From NCBI GenBank assembly GCA_039545335.1, contig BCIN01000002.1, positions 1,563,118 to 1,627,117 on the forward strand: DNA of 64,000 nt, written 5' to 3'. The stretch is from Kondoa subrosea. Lineage: Eukaryota. The notes under the pieces were generated by a model that saw only the letters and a program-made list of their open reading frames with translations, was not told the DNA's origin and ran no database searches. The position numbers and the translations under genes are program-made. Shown one piece after another: positions 40,522 through 55,671 of this stretch; positions within the stretch are counted from its first letter, which is position 1, and every line of letters begins with the position of its first letter.

Positions 40522-42550
40522 ATGTCAATTACATTCGAGAACGAGAAGCCACTCGCATGTGTCAAGTCAAACAAGCCTTGGACAACATCGAAGACATACA
40601 AGGTGCTTGATCCGCATGATCCGGATACTGTTCTGTTAGCTTCGCTGTCAGTACGACTGCTTCCACGCTGATGGATTGCGCAGTCACGAAGTCTATTGCG
40701 TCAACTCGACGGAAGCTGTCGAAGCTGTTGAAGTAGCTGCTCAGGCCTTTAAGAGTCAGATCTTTTGCTTTCGTCTCAAAGCTCTTTGCTGATTATCCTG
40801 TGTAGCTTGGAAAGATTCACCTATTGCTCAACGCCAGCAGATCTTCGTTAGTTCATTGAGATGGTTTATCCGCGATTTCTGCTGACTAATCAGTAGAGAA
40901 AAGCTGCTCAGCTACTCAGGGAGCGTTCGCAGGAGTATGCAGCTATAGAAGAAGCTGAAACTACTTCAAGTCCCATCTGGTCCGTTGTATACATAAGACT
41001 GATGTCTCCTGGCTCATTCTAGCGGTCAGGGCTGGCTTCGAAATGGGTCTGGCGGTTGAAGGTATTGAAGAGACCGCTTCTGCGATCAACTATTTGCGTG
41101 GAGAGACTATCAACACCGCTGGCCAAAGGGCGACCATCGAACGACATCCTTATGGCGTTGTCTTGGGCATCAGTCCCTGGAATGCACCACTTACTTTAGG
41201 ACTCAGAGCTGTTACAAATGCGTAAGTAGTGCGCATCTCTTTCGAAAACGCGTCGTGATCCATCGAACAGCATCATGGCTGGAAATACCGTTGTTCTGAA
41301 AACTTCCGAATATTCTCCTCGAGTACATTCGCTCATCGCTTCGCTCTTTGTGGAAGCTGGGTTACCTGAAGGAGTCCTCTCATTGCTCAATATCGCACCA
41401 GAAGATGCACCTGAAGTAGTGGAAAGCATCATTGCACATTCGGCTGTTCGCAAGATCAATTTCACTGGTTCCACTCTTGTTGGAACAAAGGTCATTTCTC
41501 GTGCTTGTACTTCTTCTATGTTGGCTAATCAACCTGAGTTCAGATAGCACAAGTTTGTGCAAAATATCTGTAGGCTCCGTTTCTTCACAGTCACCCACTT
41601 AGCAGCTTACATACTATATGACAGCAAACCTTGTGCTTTAGAGCTGTACGTCAAGCTTCCCTTGAGCCTCTTTTGCCCTTACTCACATTCGCTTTTTACA
41701 GAGGAGGCAAAGCTTCACTCGTTGTACTTGAAGGCGCGGATCTCGACTTCGCTGTAAATTCAGCTGCTTTTGGCGCCTTTTTCCATAGCGGTCAAGTGTG
41801 TATGTCTACAAACAATGTTTTGGCGCACGAAAGCATTGCAGATGAACTGGAAACGGCTATTCTAAAGAAACGCAGCGAATTGTCAGCTGGTAAATCAGAC
41901 GCTCCTCTTCGTGGTCTCTTCGCACCCACTTCCGCTAAACGAGTTCAGGCCATCATTGAAGATGCTAAAAGCAAAGGAGCTACTGTTCATGGACCTGAAA
42001 ATAGTTCTGCGCAACACAACGTTATGCAGCCTCATGTCCTGACTGGAGTCAAGCCAGGCATGAAGGCCTTCACTGACGAACACTTCGGGCCGTTGATGAG
42101 CATCATTCGCTTCAAGACCGATGAGGAAGCTGTAAGTCAGCATTACATTGTTCTTGAGTCTGCATGACAATCTTCCATTTTCAGGTCGAACTAGCCAATA
42201 GCAATGATTATGGACTTGCTGCTGCTGTCTACTCAAAGAACGAGGGACACGCCTTGAAAATTGCCAGACAAATCGATGCTGGAATGGTGCGTAGTCTGTC
42301 TGCGTCGGTTCGTTGCTGACTAGACTGCGTGTGCAGGTGCATGTAAATGGTTCAACTGTTCATGATGCGCAGACTTTACCTCATGGGGGTATTAAGAAGT
42401 CAGGATGGGGGCGTTTCAACGGCGTTTACGGCTTGCAAGAGTTTACCTGGATCAAAGTGTAAGCACAACTCTGAGCCGCTGGAGACGCACAACTAACGCT
42501 GCTGCTGTTGCAGCATCACCGTAAATGACCCGCATCCCTATCCAATCTAG
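40522..42550 (+). CDS. Aldehyde dehydrogenase, salicylaldehyde/vanillin/benzaldehyde dehydrogenase type
   Basis: PYGVVLGISPWNAP, KTSEYSP, INFTGST, LELGGK, HSGQVCMST, EHFGP, VHVNGSTVHD, GGIKKSGWGRF, C-terminus ITVNDPHPYPI*. Confidence 0.93.
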
Positions 42551-42705
42551 GAGAAAGCGACGATGGGGATCTCCTGTCGACAATGTCGATGGGTCGTAAT
42601 ATGTATCAAAGCCTGATTTTCTCGTTCCGTACGCAATGCCGTGTGCGAACAAGTACATTTGACCAAAGACTATTGCGAGCGCTACTTATTACACTTTGTC
42701 GGCCT

Positions 42706-45799
<3,094 letters not shown>

Positions 45800-45822
45800 T
45801 CTCTGTTGTGAAGGGTGAAATT

Positions 45823-45943
45823 ACGCGACGAAGAAAAATATATTTGATTATAGTTTTAGAACTGGAGACAAGGAATGACTGATAGGCTCTGCGATAGTCT
45901 TGAACAGAGCTGGAGTGGTACAGAGGATGTTGAAAACACGCGA
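45823..45943. promoter_or_regulatory. Two ACGCGA (MCB/SCB-like) motifs in the divergent MCM3-SGF11 promoter
   Basis: ACGCGA at 45823-45828 and 45938-45943, upstream of a G1/S gene. Short motif that could occur by chance. Confidence 0.3.
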
Positions 45944-46094
45944 AGATGAGACAAGAAATGGTTCGAGATTAAGAAGTTCTCGGAGTGAAACAGCGAAGCG
46001 TCCTCACTGGAGGCTTGCAAGCCTATCCTACTCTCTTTGTTGGAACAGGCCTTGCATTTGCTTTACACAGGCGTAGCACTGTGACTTAGCAGCA

Positions 46095-47099
46095 ATGGTT
46101 CGTTCTCTAGTCATCGATTCCAGTGAAGTCAGCTAAGCTTTCTATACAGGAGCAAGTCGTATTTGCTGCTCTGCTGGATGATCTGATTTTGGACATTGCA
46201 ATGGAAGAGACTCGTTTAGCCAAACGCAGAAAACTACATTGCGAAGCTTGCGGTTACGCTTGCAAAGATCATCGTTAGTTGCACTTTCTTCACATTGCCC
46301 TGCTTTGTCAGCTAAGGACTCTGATAGCCACTGGAAGTGTGCTTGGTACTTCTAGCATCAACGTCAATGGATCAGCAGTACCTACCAAAGCGGAATCTAT
46401 CACTCTAGATTGTGTTTCCTGTTCTAGAAAGGTATGTTGATATCAAGCCTATTTCGTATTTGCTCACTGGGTCTATGCAGATCGCTAGTACTCGCTATGC
46501 TCAACATCTATCGCAATGTATGGGTCTGACAGGGCGTTCGAGAACCAAACGGTCCACAGCTGGAACACCAATGAGTTTAGATGATAGCGATGCTGGATCC
46601 AATGCTGGTAGGAAGAAGAGTAAGTAATCTATCCTATCGTAACGGATTGAAGCTGACAGACAATAGAAGCCAGATTGAATGGGAAACCGCCATTGGCTGG
46701 AAGTAGAGTGAGTTTGCGTCTCATGTGATGAAGATTGAATCGAGCTAACTAGTGTCATAGCTCTCAAGTCGTAAGTGTGTTGATATATCGAGATTCACGA
46801 GCTCAAGAGCTTCTGCATATACAGCTGCACCAGAACCATACCTTCGCGTTCGATCACCTACACCAGCTCAAATAGCTCGAGTGAGTCAACACTGGTCTGT
46901 GTATCAATCCAAGTCTCATTTTCAAGCATAGTCTTCTGGCTCCTCTTCACCAGGTCTTTCTTCACAACAAGAAGCTCGACCAGCAACATCGCGTAAAGGC
47001 ATTCCTGGTCGTCCTGCTGTACCAGCACAGAAGATCGACACCATCTCTAGCAATTCCTCTTCTGAAGGATCCTCTGATCTCTCGTCCGATTCGGACTAA
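46095..47099 (+). CDS. SGF11: SAGA deubiquitination-module subunit Sgf11
   Basis: LLDDLILDIAME helix and Sgf11 zinc finger CVSCSRKIASTRYAQHLSQCMGL. First coding exon is ATG alone. Confidence 0.85.
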
Positions 47100-47293
47100 T
47101 CATCATGTCGCCAGCATCCTTTCAAACAACATCATCCAGCAACGCATCATTCTTCTCTCCACTCGTCACGTTTGACTGTCATATCATCTGCCTAAACATG
47201 AATATCAAATTGCATTATCCCTTCAAAAAGAAAATATCGAAAAGCTTGTACACCCTCACATCCGCCGCCCGCTGTCGGAATCACTTCCATAAA

Positions 47294-48302
47294 TTATCTC
47301 TTCTTCACCTGAGGTTTTGGCCAACAATAACGTTTGGCTTGAAGTTGACTCTTCCTCACCGGCTTAACGAATAATTTCATGGCTGCTGCTCGATCTTTAT
47401 CGGTGTCTTGATCTGGCAGATAAAAGAAATGTGGTGCCAGAGGTTTACCAGAGACGTTCTGCTCACCACGATGAGTATTCGATGAAGGATGAGAAGGAAA
47501 GAGGTTACCTTTAGCGATGGATTTTCAATCACGCCGAATGGACCTGTTCTGAGGTGTTCTAGCAAGATTTCTTCTGGTAATGAAGCGATACGAGGTGGTA
47601 GAGAAGTCAGGATATCGGAAAGAGGAGTCGTCGATTTGGAAGCGAATACCAAAGCAGAGATCAAGAGTCCTTGAACGTCAATTTCTTCTTCCTCACCTTC
47701 TTCTTTCTTCATCTCCACATCCTCTTCTTCTTTTGTTTCGACCTTGAATTTCTCCTCTTTCGCTTGAAGCAAGATCACAGTAAAACCAAAGAAATCCAAA
47801 ACCGTTCTCCCAACTCCATTGTTCACCTTCCTCTTTTCTCCCTTATTCAACTTCACACCATCAACTAATAATCCATTCAAACCAAGAACTTCAACCTGTC
47901 CATCTTTCACTAAAGCAGAAACTCGACTTGCGTTTTTACCCTTGACTTGAATGAACCTCTCAACGTTGTATTGAAGCAATTGACTTGGTGAAGGAGTTTT
48001 TCTACCAAACAAGAAAGAACTAGTAGATGTGAGAGTTAGTTCAAGAATGGGTTCTTCCTCGCATGTTGTTTCCGATGGTGGTTCACTTGAAGCAAGAGCT
48101 GTTGGTTCTGAAGATGGATAAGGCTCTGTAAGACCGATATTAGGGAGTCTGTGTGAATACAAGAGAGTGACGAGAACGAACGATAGCGTTTAGCTGCTTT
48201 CCTTCGAAGCTTTGCAGGTAGATTTGAAAAGTCTATAGCCTTGGGTGTGATCACATTAGTTCGCTCACAGAGAGCAGAGCGGTGCGGTGTGATGCTGTTC
48301 AT
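47294..48302 (-). CDS. FHA-domain protein, Tos4/Plm2-like
   Basis: FHA-like FLFGR...ASRV...VLGLNG; C-terminus NVSGKPLAPHFFYLPDQDTDKDR...KPVRKSQLQAKRYCWPKP resembles the Tos4 C-terminal domain. Confidence 0.72.
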
Positions 48303-48697
48303 GGTTGATAGTGCGAGAGCAAAAGGCCAGAGGCGGCAACAACTCGTCCTCGGCAAAGTTTGGTCAACAAAAACAAACAACCTTGTCCCGTAACGTCGAC
48401 TTTTGGCAGAATTTAGCTGATTAAGGCTGAAGAGGGGAGCTGGTATCAAACAGGAAGTGATCGCGGACCGTAGCAAGCGCGAAGGCAGGGCAATCTTGAG
48501 ACAGGCAGGGACATTTGGCAAAATCTGGCCAAGCAATACGAAGAGCGGTTGAGCGATCTCAGGCAAGATAGAGCAGTGAAGCGGTGAGAAGTGAATCCTA
48601 GGGCTGTTCGCTTCAGACTGTGAGATCCAGTAGGCTTTTTGAGAATTTCGGCAGAAATGCTTACTAAGCACATTGATACACCACAGTCAACCCAGCT

Positions 48698-49891
48698 ATG
48701 GCACATTGCGCCTCTGTATCTAGAGCGCTATCAATCTTGGACCTCTCTGTAGAGCTTTTGAGCGCCATCTTTGTTCAACTGAAAACAAGAGACTTGATCA
48801 ATACGATCCTCACATGCAAACACTTCGCAGCAATAGCTTCTGATCGTCCTCTATATCATACTCTCGACATTGGTGACTCAGATGACGATCGAATAAATCC
48901 AATTTTTTACCATTTGCTGGCAAATCCTGCGAAAGCAAGAATGGTCCGCAGTCTTACGCTGGCGCATTCGAGAGAGACGGATCTCGACACCAGCTTCGAT
49001 GGGCACAATTTCGCCCTTGCATATGCCACCATATCCCTCTGCCGCGATGTCGTCGAAGTTCGCGACTTCTTCTGCTTCAAAGGTACATGGCGACACAGTC
49101 TCGCTTTCTTAGCCAATCTGGATAATCTGACTACCCTCACTCTGTTCAACGTGCAATGGATGACCAAGGATCTCCACACTTTTTCAATGAGCGACGTCTT
49201 CGACCTTCTTTCACTGCCCTCTCTGAAACGATTATCGCTTGACTCATGGAGTGTCAATCCACAGGAAGAGTTTGTGCAAGTCATTCCGCTCTGCAAATCA
49301 AGAATTCAAGTTCTCGAGATTACAGACTTCGAATTGACCGACCATCAGCTCGATACTTTGCTAGCGTGCTGCTCTGGTTCTCTGTTGGCTCTTCAGCTCT
49401 ACAGTGAACAAGACACATTCCCTGCCTTAACACTCAAAATCATCGCTGAAAGATGTCCAAATCTGGAGATTCTGGTTTTGGAGACCTATAAGACCTTAAT
49501 TGATCCTGCCCGTACAATTGTTGACGATAATTGCTGGCTGCTACAACTAGCAGCGCTACAAAGTCTCGCTATATCGTCGAGCTTTCTAGCCTTAGATAAA
49601 GCTTTGACATTTGCCAACCGCCTGGATCACCTCGGGATCAAGCGAATCGGTAACTTTTCACTCTCATGGCTACTACTTTGTATCAAGAGTTGGACAAGCA
49701 ATGTCCCATTGAACTTGGGCTTGTCTTGGAACCTTGACGTCTATGATGACCGACTATTCCAAGTCAGCCATCTCCTCCTGCCTCACATACTGCTGTACTC
49801 ACACAGTACATAGGCCATTTGTGACGAGAACAGGATATGCCGGTCGGAGGGATGGCGCTGCAAAGAAGACGCACGATATTTCGACTCTTAG
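48698..49891 (+). CDS. F-box / LRR protein
   Basis: ILDLSVELLSAIFVQL..RDL....LTCKHF F-box; LRR-like LTTLTL, LKRLSL, CPNLEILVL; intron ~49763-49812. Confidence 0.82.
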
Positions 49892-49945
49892 GATAAGGAG
49901 ATACATCGCTATCTATCATGTCGCCGATGATTTGCTTTGTAGTGT

Positions 49946-49973
49946 ACATATCGTTTACACATATCGTTTACAT
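49946..49973. repeat. Tandem duplication of ACATATCGTTTAC (13 bp x2)
   Basis: Read directly between the convergent F-box and AlkB stop codons. Confidence 0.7.
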
Positions 49974-50018
49974 TAGACTGGTCAACATGAATTACTTCAC
50001 GTATCCTTCTGTTGAACA

Positions 50019-51375
50019 TCAAGTTTCGACCATCGCCCCATTCCGAAAGCGATGGACCTTTCCTTCACCGACATTGTATCTGCTGCTTATCAGCCATGCC
50101 ATCCAAACCTAAAATGGCCAGCTGACCTGTAATAATCTAAGCCAAATTCAGTATAATCGGCAAGAGCTAGATGTATCGACTCACTATTCGTGCCTGCTAC
50201 GTTCATAGCTCGCCTGAAGGTGATGTTCATCCTGCCTATATCGCAAGATAAGAAATTCTTCTACGAAAGCGAACAGCGTTCTCACCTTCAGCTTTCGCCC
50301 GTTTTGGTATCGCATGAAGCCAACACGACTGTGTTGTCCCTTTCATTACTATCATAGTACCGCTTTCCAAGCTGAACTTCTCTGTTGGAACGGTCTTATC
50401 CGTTTTGTGCTTCATCTGGAAATCGCGAGTTCCGCCTAAAGAAAGTGAAGCTATATTCGGTAGTGGGCCTCTGATACAAATTGAGCTCGAAATAGGCGTG
50501 AGTAGGCGGAAACTCAACAGGAAAGACTCGTCATCGCTGTGAAAGCTGATCGAGTCCTTGCCATCAGCATCTAATTTCAAATGTATCAGGTCTGGTCTGG
50601 AGCACAGACTACATTATAGTGGCTGACAATAATTGACTCTGTCGAACAGACTTCATGAGCTCCAGAACGCTATGACCAAGTAATGAGACATACAGGATAA
50701 AGTTGTAATGCGCTCCTGTCCGTTCTTCGACATATGCTTTCAACGTTTGTAGTATTTCAGGAAAAGGCCTTGATATTGACTGCTTCACCGCAGTCCTCTG
50801 CATGGAGGTCTTTGCGCCTACCTTGGTCTAATCTTGTACTTTGAGCTACTTGGATCTGTTCCCGTTTCATCTTGGCCCCACACGCATGTATACCGTGGAG
50901 TTTTGATATCCATTGGACCTTTCTTGTAGCAAACACGATAGAAAGGGAATTCTGAACGGATGTATTCGAAGAGTTGCTTGCGCATGTTGAAAGTCAAAAA
51001 GTCCTTAGGCGCGAAGTAGAGCAAATCCAGACTGATGCATCATATCAGACGATGTGTGATATACACGATTGTCATTAGAGCTTACTCTGGCGTCTTTCTT
51101 ATCACTCTAGGCTCCGAGGTGCAATAGCCATCTGCAAGATTGAAAGGAGGTGGAACGATAGCAAGAGGATCAGCAGATGAAGGACCAGAAGCTATAGCCG
51201 ATGATCCAATCGCAGGCACGGAAAGCTGTGATCTGCTAGAACTGTTCGAAGCTGTTGCAGGTTTGATCTTCTTACGGTCTGGCGTTGCAAGAGGTGCTAC
51301 ATCTTCTTCATCCGAAAGCAATGAGATGACTTCGGGCTCAGCCTTGCGTTTAAAGCCCAAGGTAGCTTGCTTCAT
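50019..51375 (-). CDS. AlkB-family 2OG-Fe(II) dioxygenase (ALKBH2/3-like)
   Basis: TPRYT, YNFILVNYYADGKDSISFHSDDE (HxD), IASLSLG..RDF, WLHAIPKR, RMNITFRR. Confidence 0.92.
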
Positions 51376-51512
51376 GATATTCGAGTGTTCGACCGTCTTC
51401 AGAAAACAAAGCGCGTCATAAATTTATAAATTCTGATCTTCTTCTAAACGAGAATGCATGCTATAATGAATACAGTGGATGTAATACAAGAGGCTCGCCA
51501 GCCTCCAATTAT

Positions 51513-54500
51513 TCAATAGAAAGCTGTTTTTGCCAAAAACGAGGTTCTCCTCAAGCCATTGTGACCCATCTCCTGATCGTACATAACTGCTCCATCAGAA
51601 GAAACACAGATCGTCCAAGCCAAATCCTTCATTGTCTGAAAGCCAAGTGTTTCTAGAGCTTGAGGCGGTAGGATTGGTTTGATGGTGCCCAGATCGATGT
51701 AATCGCTCTTTTTGTTAAACAAGGCATTGATACGAGAACAGCATTCCAAGAACCAAAGAGCTTTGACTTCAGGCTTGCGCAACAAGTTGCATGTAACTTG
51801 ATTCTTCTTCTTTTGGCAAATACTCATCTTCGATGCAGCATCGATAAAGCTACCAAATGTTGGGAAGCCGCCCTCGATCCAAGGGCAGTAGTCGCATATT
51901 GAGCCGATTCTTCCACCAAGCTTAGTGTACTCAATCTCGAAAATTCCTTGCTTGTTAAGTGTTTTGAGAACATCATAGAGCTGGGCAAGGCATATTTAGG
52001 CATCTGGCGTTCATATTGTATGGTTTGTACTTACAGGTAAGAAGCAGAAGATGTCTCTACGATCAGTGATGTGGGAAGGAACAGCTAGACCATCACTTTG
52101 CGAGCTGGATGAGGAGGTCAGCGACATGCTTGAGCTCGATAGGGAAGAGAAAGAGCCGGGTGTTATTGACGAGGGAGGACTAGGAGAACTGAGAGGCGTT
52201 GCATCACGCTTTCCATTGACTGGCTTTTTGATAGGTTTTCTGTTGTGCAGGGCGGCAGAGATGACTGTATACATCGACTGATGAGCACAACCGAAAGGAA
52301 CGAATAGGATAACCGACAAGGCTTATTCTCTAGGAAGTCCAGCTTATGGCCTGACATAATGAAAGCGGCATCGACTGAATAAGAGTGTCAGATAGGATGC
52401 ATACATCGCGCAGCTGTTGATTTACCTATTTGAGATTGCCGGTGCATGTCCTGTAGTGTGGTTAGTGCTTGTTTCTACTACGGTCATTTTCACCAACCTT
52501 GATGAATTGGCCAAACAGTGTTCTCGCGCCGGAGAAGCGTGTGAAGAATTCCAGCTTGCAGACGATGACAAGTTTGCTTTTACTTCGAGTCAAAGCCACA
52601 TTCGCACGTCTTTTATTGCTCAAGAATCCAGGCGCATCTGTTCGGACCAAGGAGAGAATGATGTGATCGGCTTCGTGACCTTGAACAGTATCGACAGTTC
52701 TGCAAGCAGAATTCAATCTTTTAATCGGCCCATGATTAGAAGTAACCCACCGTATACGATCCTCGACGATGTTCTCGTCAATCTGATCTGTTGGGTTGGC
52801 TCGGTTATGTTCGCGTATAGCTTGTCCCAGCTTGACTCTGATCAATTCGCCTTGCTTGTTGTAGGCGACAATACAAATCCAGCTGGATTTCTTGACGAAT
52901 TGATTCATGATCAATTGTACGGCCAGAATAGCTTCTTCTTCGTTTACTAGACCCGTTCCGATTGTCGACTCATGACCTTCTTTTGCATCAACAAAGGCAA
53001 CCGAGCAGCCAGCTGCAGGGGCTTTTGCAGATATCAATCTGGAATCATAGACATTGACGCTAATCCAATTTCCCACGTCTGGCGGAAAGCTGATTGCGAG
53101 CGGTCAAGACAGTCTCTCTTGTTTGTAAGCAGCTGAGATTGCATACCGATATTGATAGGACAACAGAGCACCTGGAGCAATGTGAGCATGCTACAGACAA
53201 ACATCTCTCCGGCTTACCTCCTGCAAAGATCTCATAAATACTCTGTACATCCTGAGACTGTTCATTGCCAAAGGGAGCCAGCTGTTTAGGGTCACCGACA
53301 AACGATACTCTTCGTAACGTTTTCCGATACAGAGCAAATAGATGCGGTAGCGCGAAAGTAGGGATTTGCGAAGCTTCATCAATAAGAAGATGTCGTAGCT
53401 TGCGATCTTGCAAGACAGAAACCAAACGAGAGCTAGATAGCTGCGCTAAAGAGCACAAAAGAACAGTGTTGGGGCCAATACGTTCTTCAAGATCGTCCAC
53501 GCTCATCTCCCTTAGCTGAGAAGTTTTGATTACATGCTGGTGCATGTCAAGGTATCCAGTTTCGTGGAAATCGACATAGAAGCCATCGGCGACGATGATC
53601 TGCCCCTCTTCAGCATCAGTGGGTGTATTTGTTGTTCAGGGTCCAACATACGCAAAAATCCGTCACCTCCTTCTTCAGCAAAGCGACTGCCAAATCTACG
53701 GTGAATGTGGAAGTAAGCGATCACACAGACCATCATAGCAAAATAATCACTTCGCACCGCAGCATTAGTTTGAGCTGCTATCACAATGAAGTGATCGTCA
53801 AGATGGGCTGTCGCCTTGACGAGTGACGAGATTGTATGAGTTTTTCCAGTACCAGGCTACGGCAGATCTCAGCGAACAAGAAAGTTGTTATTCAAGTCGA
53901 CATACAGGACCATGGATCATATTCAGACTAGCGCCGCACAGCATGCTCTGCACTGCAGCTCGTTGCGATTCGTTGAGGTCGTCATCAATCTCGTATTCGG
54001 AAAGTAGCCTGGTCTCATGTAGTTCTCCCCCAGCAAAAATATGGTTGACGAAAGGGACTTGATCGAGGTCGATTTCGCTGTAAAGAACGCCATTGATAAA
54101 AGCAGAGCTAGGACGGTTCATAAGTAAATGACATAGGGTTCAGATGAGCAGCGTACATGGAGAATTCATCTGCGGCCTTAGACATAGCTCGATCGATGAC
54201 CCTGAGCTGCTCGATTTCCGATGCTTCTACTACTTTCTCTAGCTTGATCCTCTTCTCTCGACCATAGTCAGCAACAGTGACCCGTCCATGAACGACTGAG
54301 CCATCTTTCAGAGTAGCTTCAATCGATTCTTTTGCTTCAAGCTGGATGGAGCGCGAAATCACGAAGAATTCGATGCGAAGAAGAGGAAAGCTTACCTTAT
54401 CACGGAAAGAACGAGAAATAACTGTATAGCTACCATCCAAATTCCGCTCGATCTTGATGAATGAAGAAATGTAAGCTGATGGCTGACAACTGCGCACAAC

Positions 54501-55308
54501 GCAACGAGCAGCGTCTGTGGGTTTGTTAGATGACGAATTTTGACGAGTGAACTCGTGAACTTACTGTGCTGTGCAAGCCAGCTCAATGTAACTGGATCAA
54601 CAGTCATAAGGTCTAGTCTCGGTGTCTTGCTGGTTGTAGCGCTTTCTTTGATGCTGCATTGGTAGGTCAAGTATCCAATAAGGCAAGCATACTGAAGATG
54701 AGCGGGTTCGAGAAAGTCTTCTTTCCAATCGCCTGCCGTGAGGTAGTCTCGATTTTCATAAAGTGGTTGGCCTGGGGTGTATAGCTTGGAGAAGAGTCCA
54801 AAAAGAGTGAGCGGAGATTTTGCTTCTTGACCTAAATGACTTGCGTTGTATACTCGTGTGAGACAAAGAGCGTTGCTCGTAATATCTTTGAAACAGAATT
54901 CAGCAGAAGATTGTCAGAAAGCACAATGGACTGACGGCCAAGTTCATGGTATAGCAATAGAGCGGTAACATCCATGTCTACGCCAGCTTTTGACACGTCC
55001 GGACTTGACAGTATGCTCTCAAGGACTTCATTCATTTCAGGTCTGTTCGACGGTACAGTGATGAGCAGACATCTTGTCTCGGTCGACAGAAGGATGATCG
55101 AAAGCTTCCACTTATCGCAGACGATAGATAAGCCAAGTAGATCACCAGCATAGTCTTCGTAAAGCCAATCCAAGTTTTCTTCGTTTAGATAACTGTAAGA
55201 TACCTTTTGGCCCAGGAAACCCTTTGGCTGCTTCGGGATCCCATGAAACAGAGGAAAAGTCACAGGAAAGATGTCGTTCTCCATGTTCAGCCCGGAGACA
55301 GATCGCAT
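51513..55308 (-). CDS. UPF1/DNA2-like SF1B helicase with degenerate N-terminal 3'-5' exonuclease-like domain and C-terminal LOTUS/OST-HTH-like repeats (start uncertain)
   Basis: LNESQRAAV, IHGPPGTGKT, AQTNAAV, LIDEASQ, VGDPKQLAP, TVDTVQGHEAD, PGFLSNKRRANVALTRSK. Introns join the 51513-52430 exons in frame. The helicase call is firm; the accessory-domain calls are inference. Confidence 0.85.
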
Positions 55309-55671
55309 TTGAAAATCAAGCTTGCATTACAGTAATAAAAGACCGCAGCAACGAAACTTCTGGGAATATCGAGAGCTCTGGTAGATTAGACACTGAATGA
55401 AGGGTATCGCGATTGCCGTGCTTCTGGCATTGGCGGCTGTACGTGAAGCCAGGGGAATTGCTTTCCGAAACAGCACAATGGGACTTACATAAGCCAGAAG
55501 GCATCTTGAGTACAGAGCTTGTTCATAATGGCCAAGACTGCACTAAAGAAGCCAGCTAGTACAAACTCGTTCAATCGAAAGGACAAATGTGATGCTATGA
55601 TTCAATCTGTCATTGCAAGAAAAAAAGTGTCACTAATGCTCAAACAACACAACCATGTCCCGTTTCTATAT

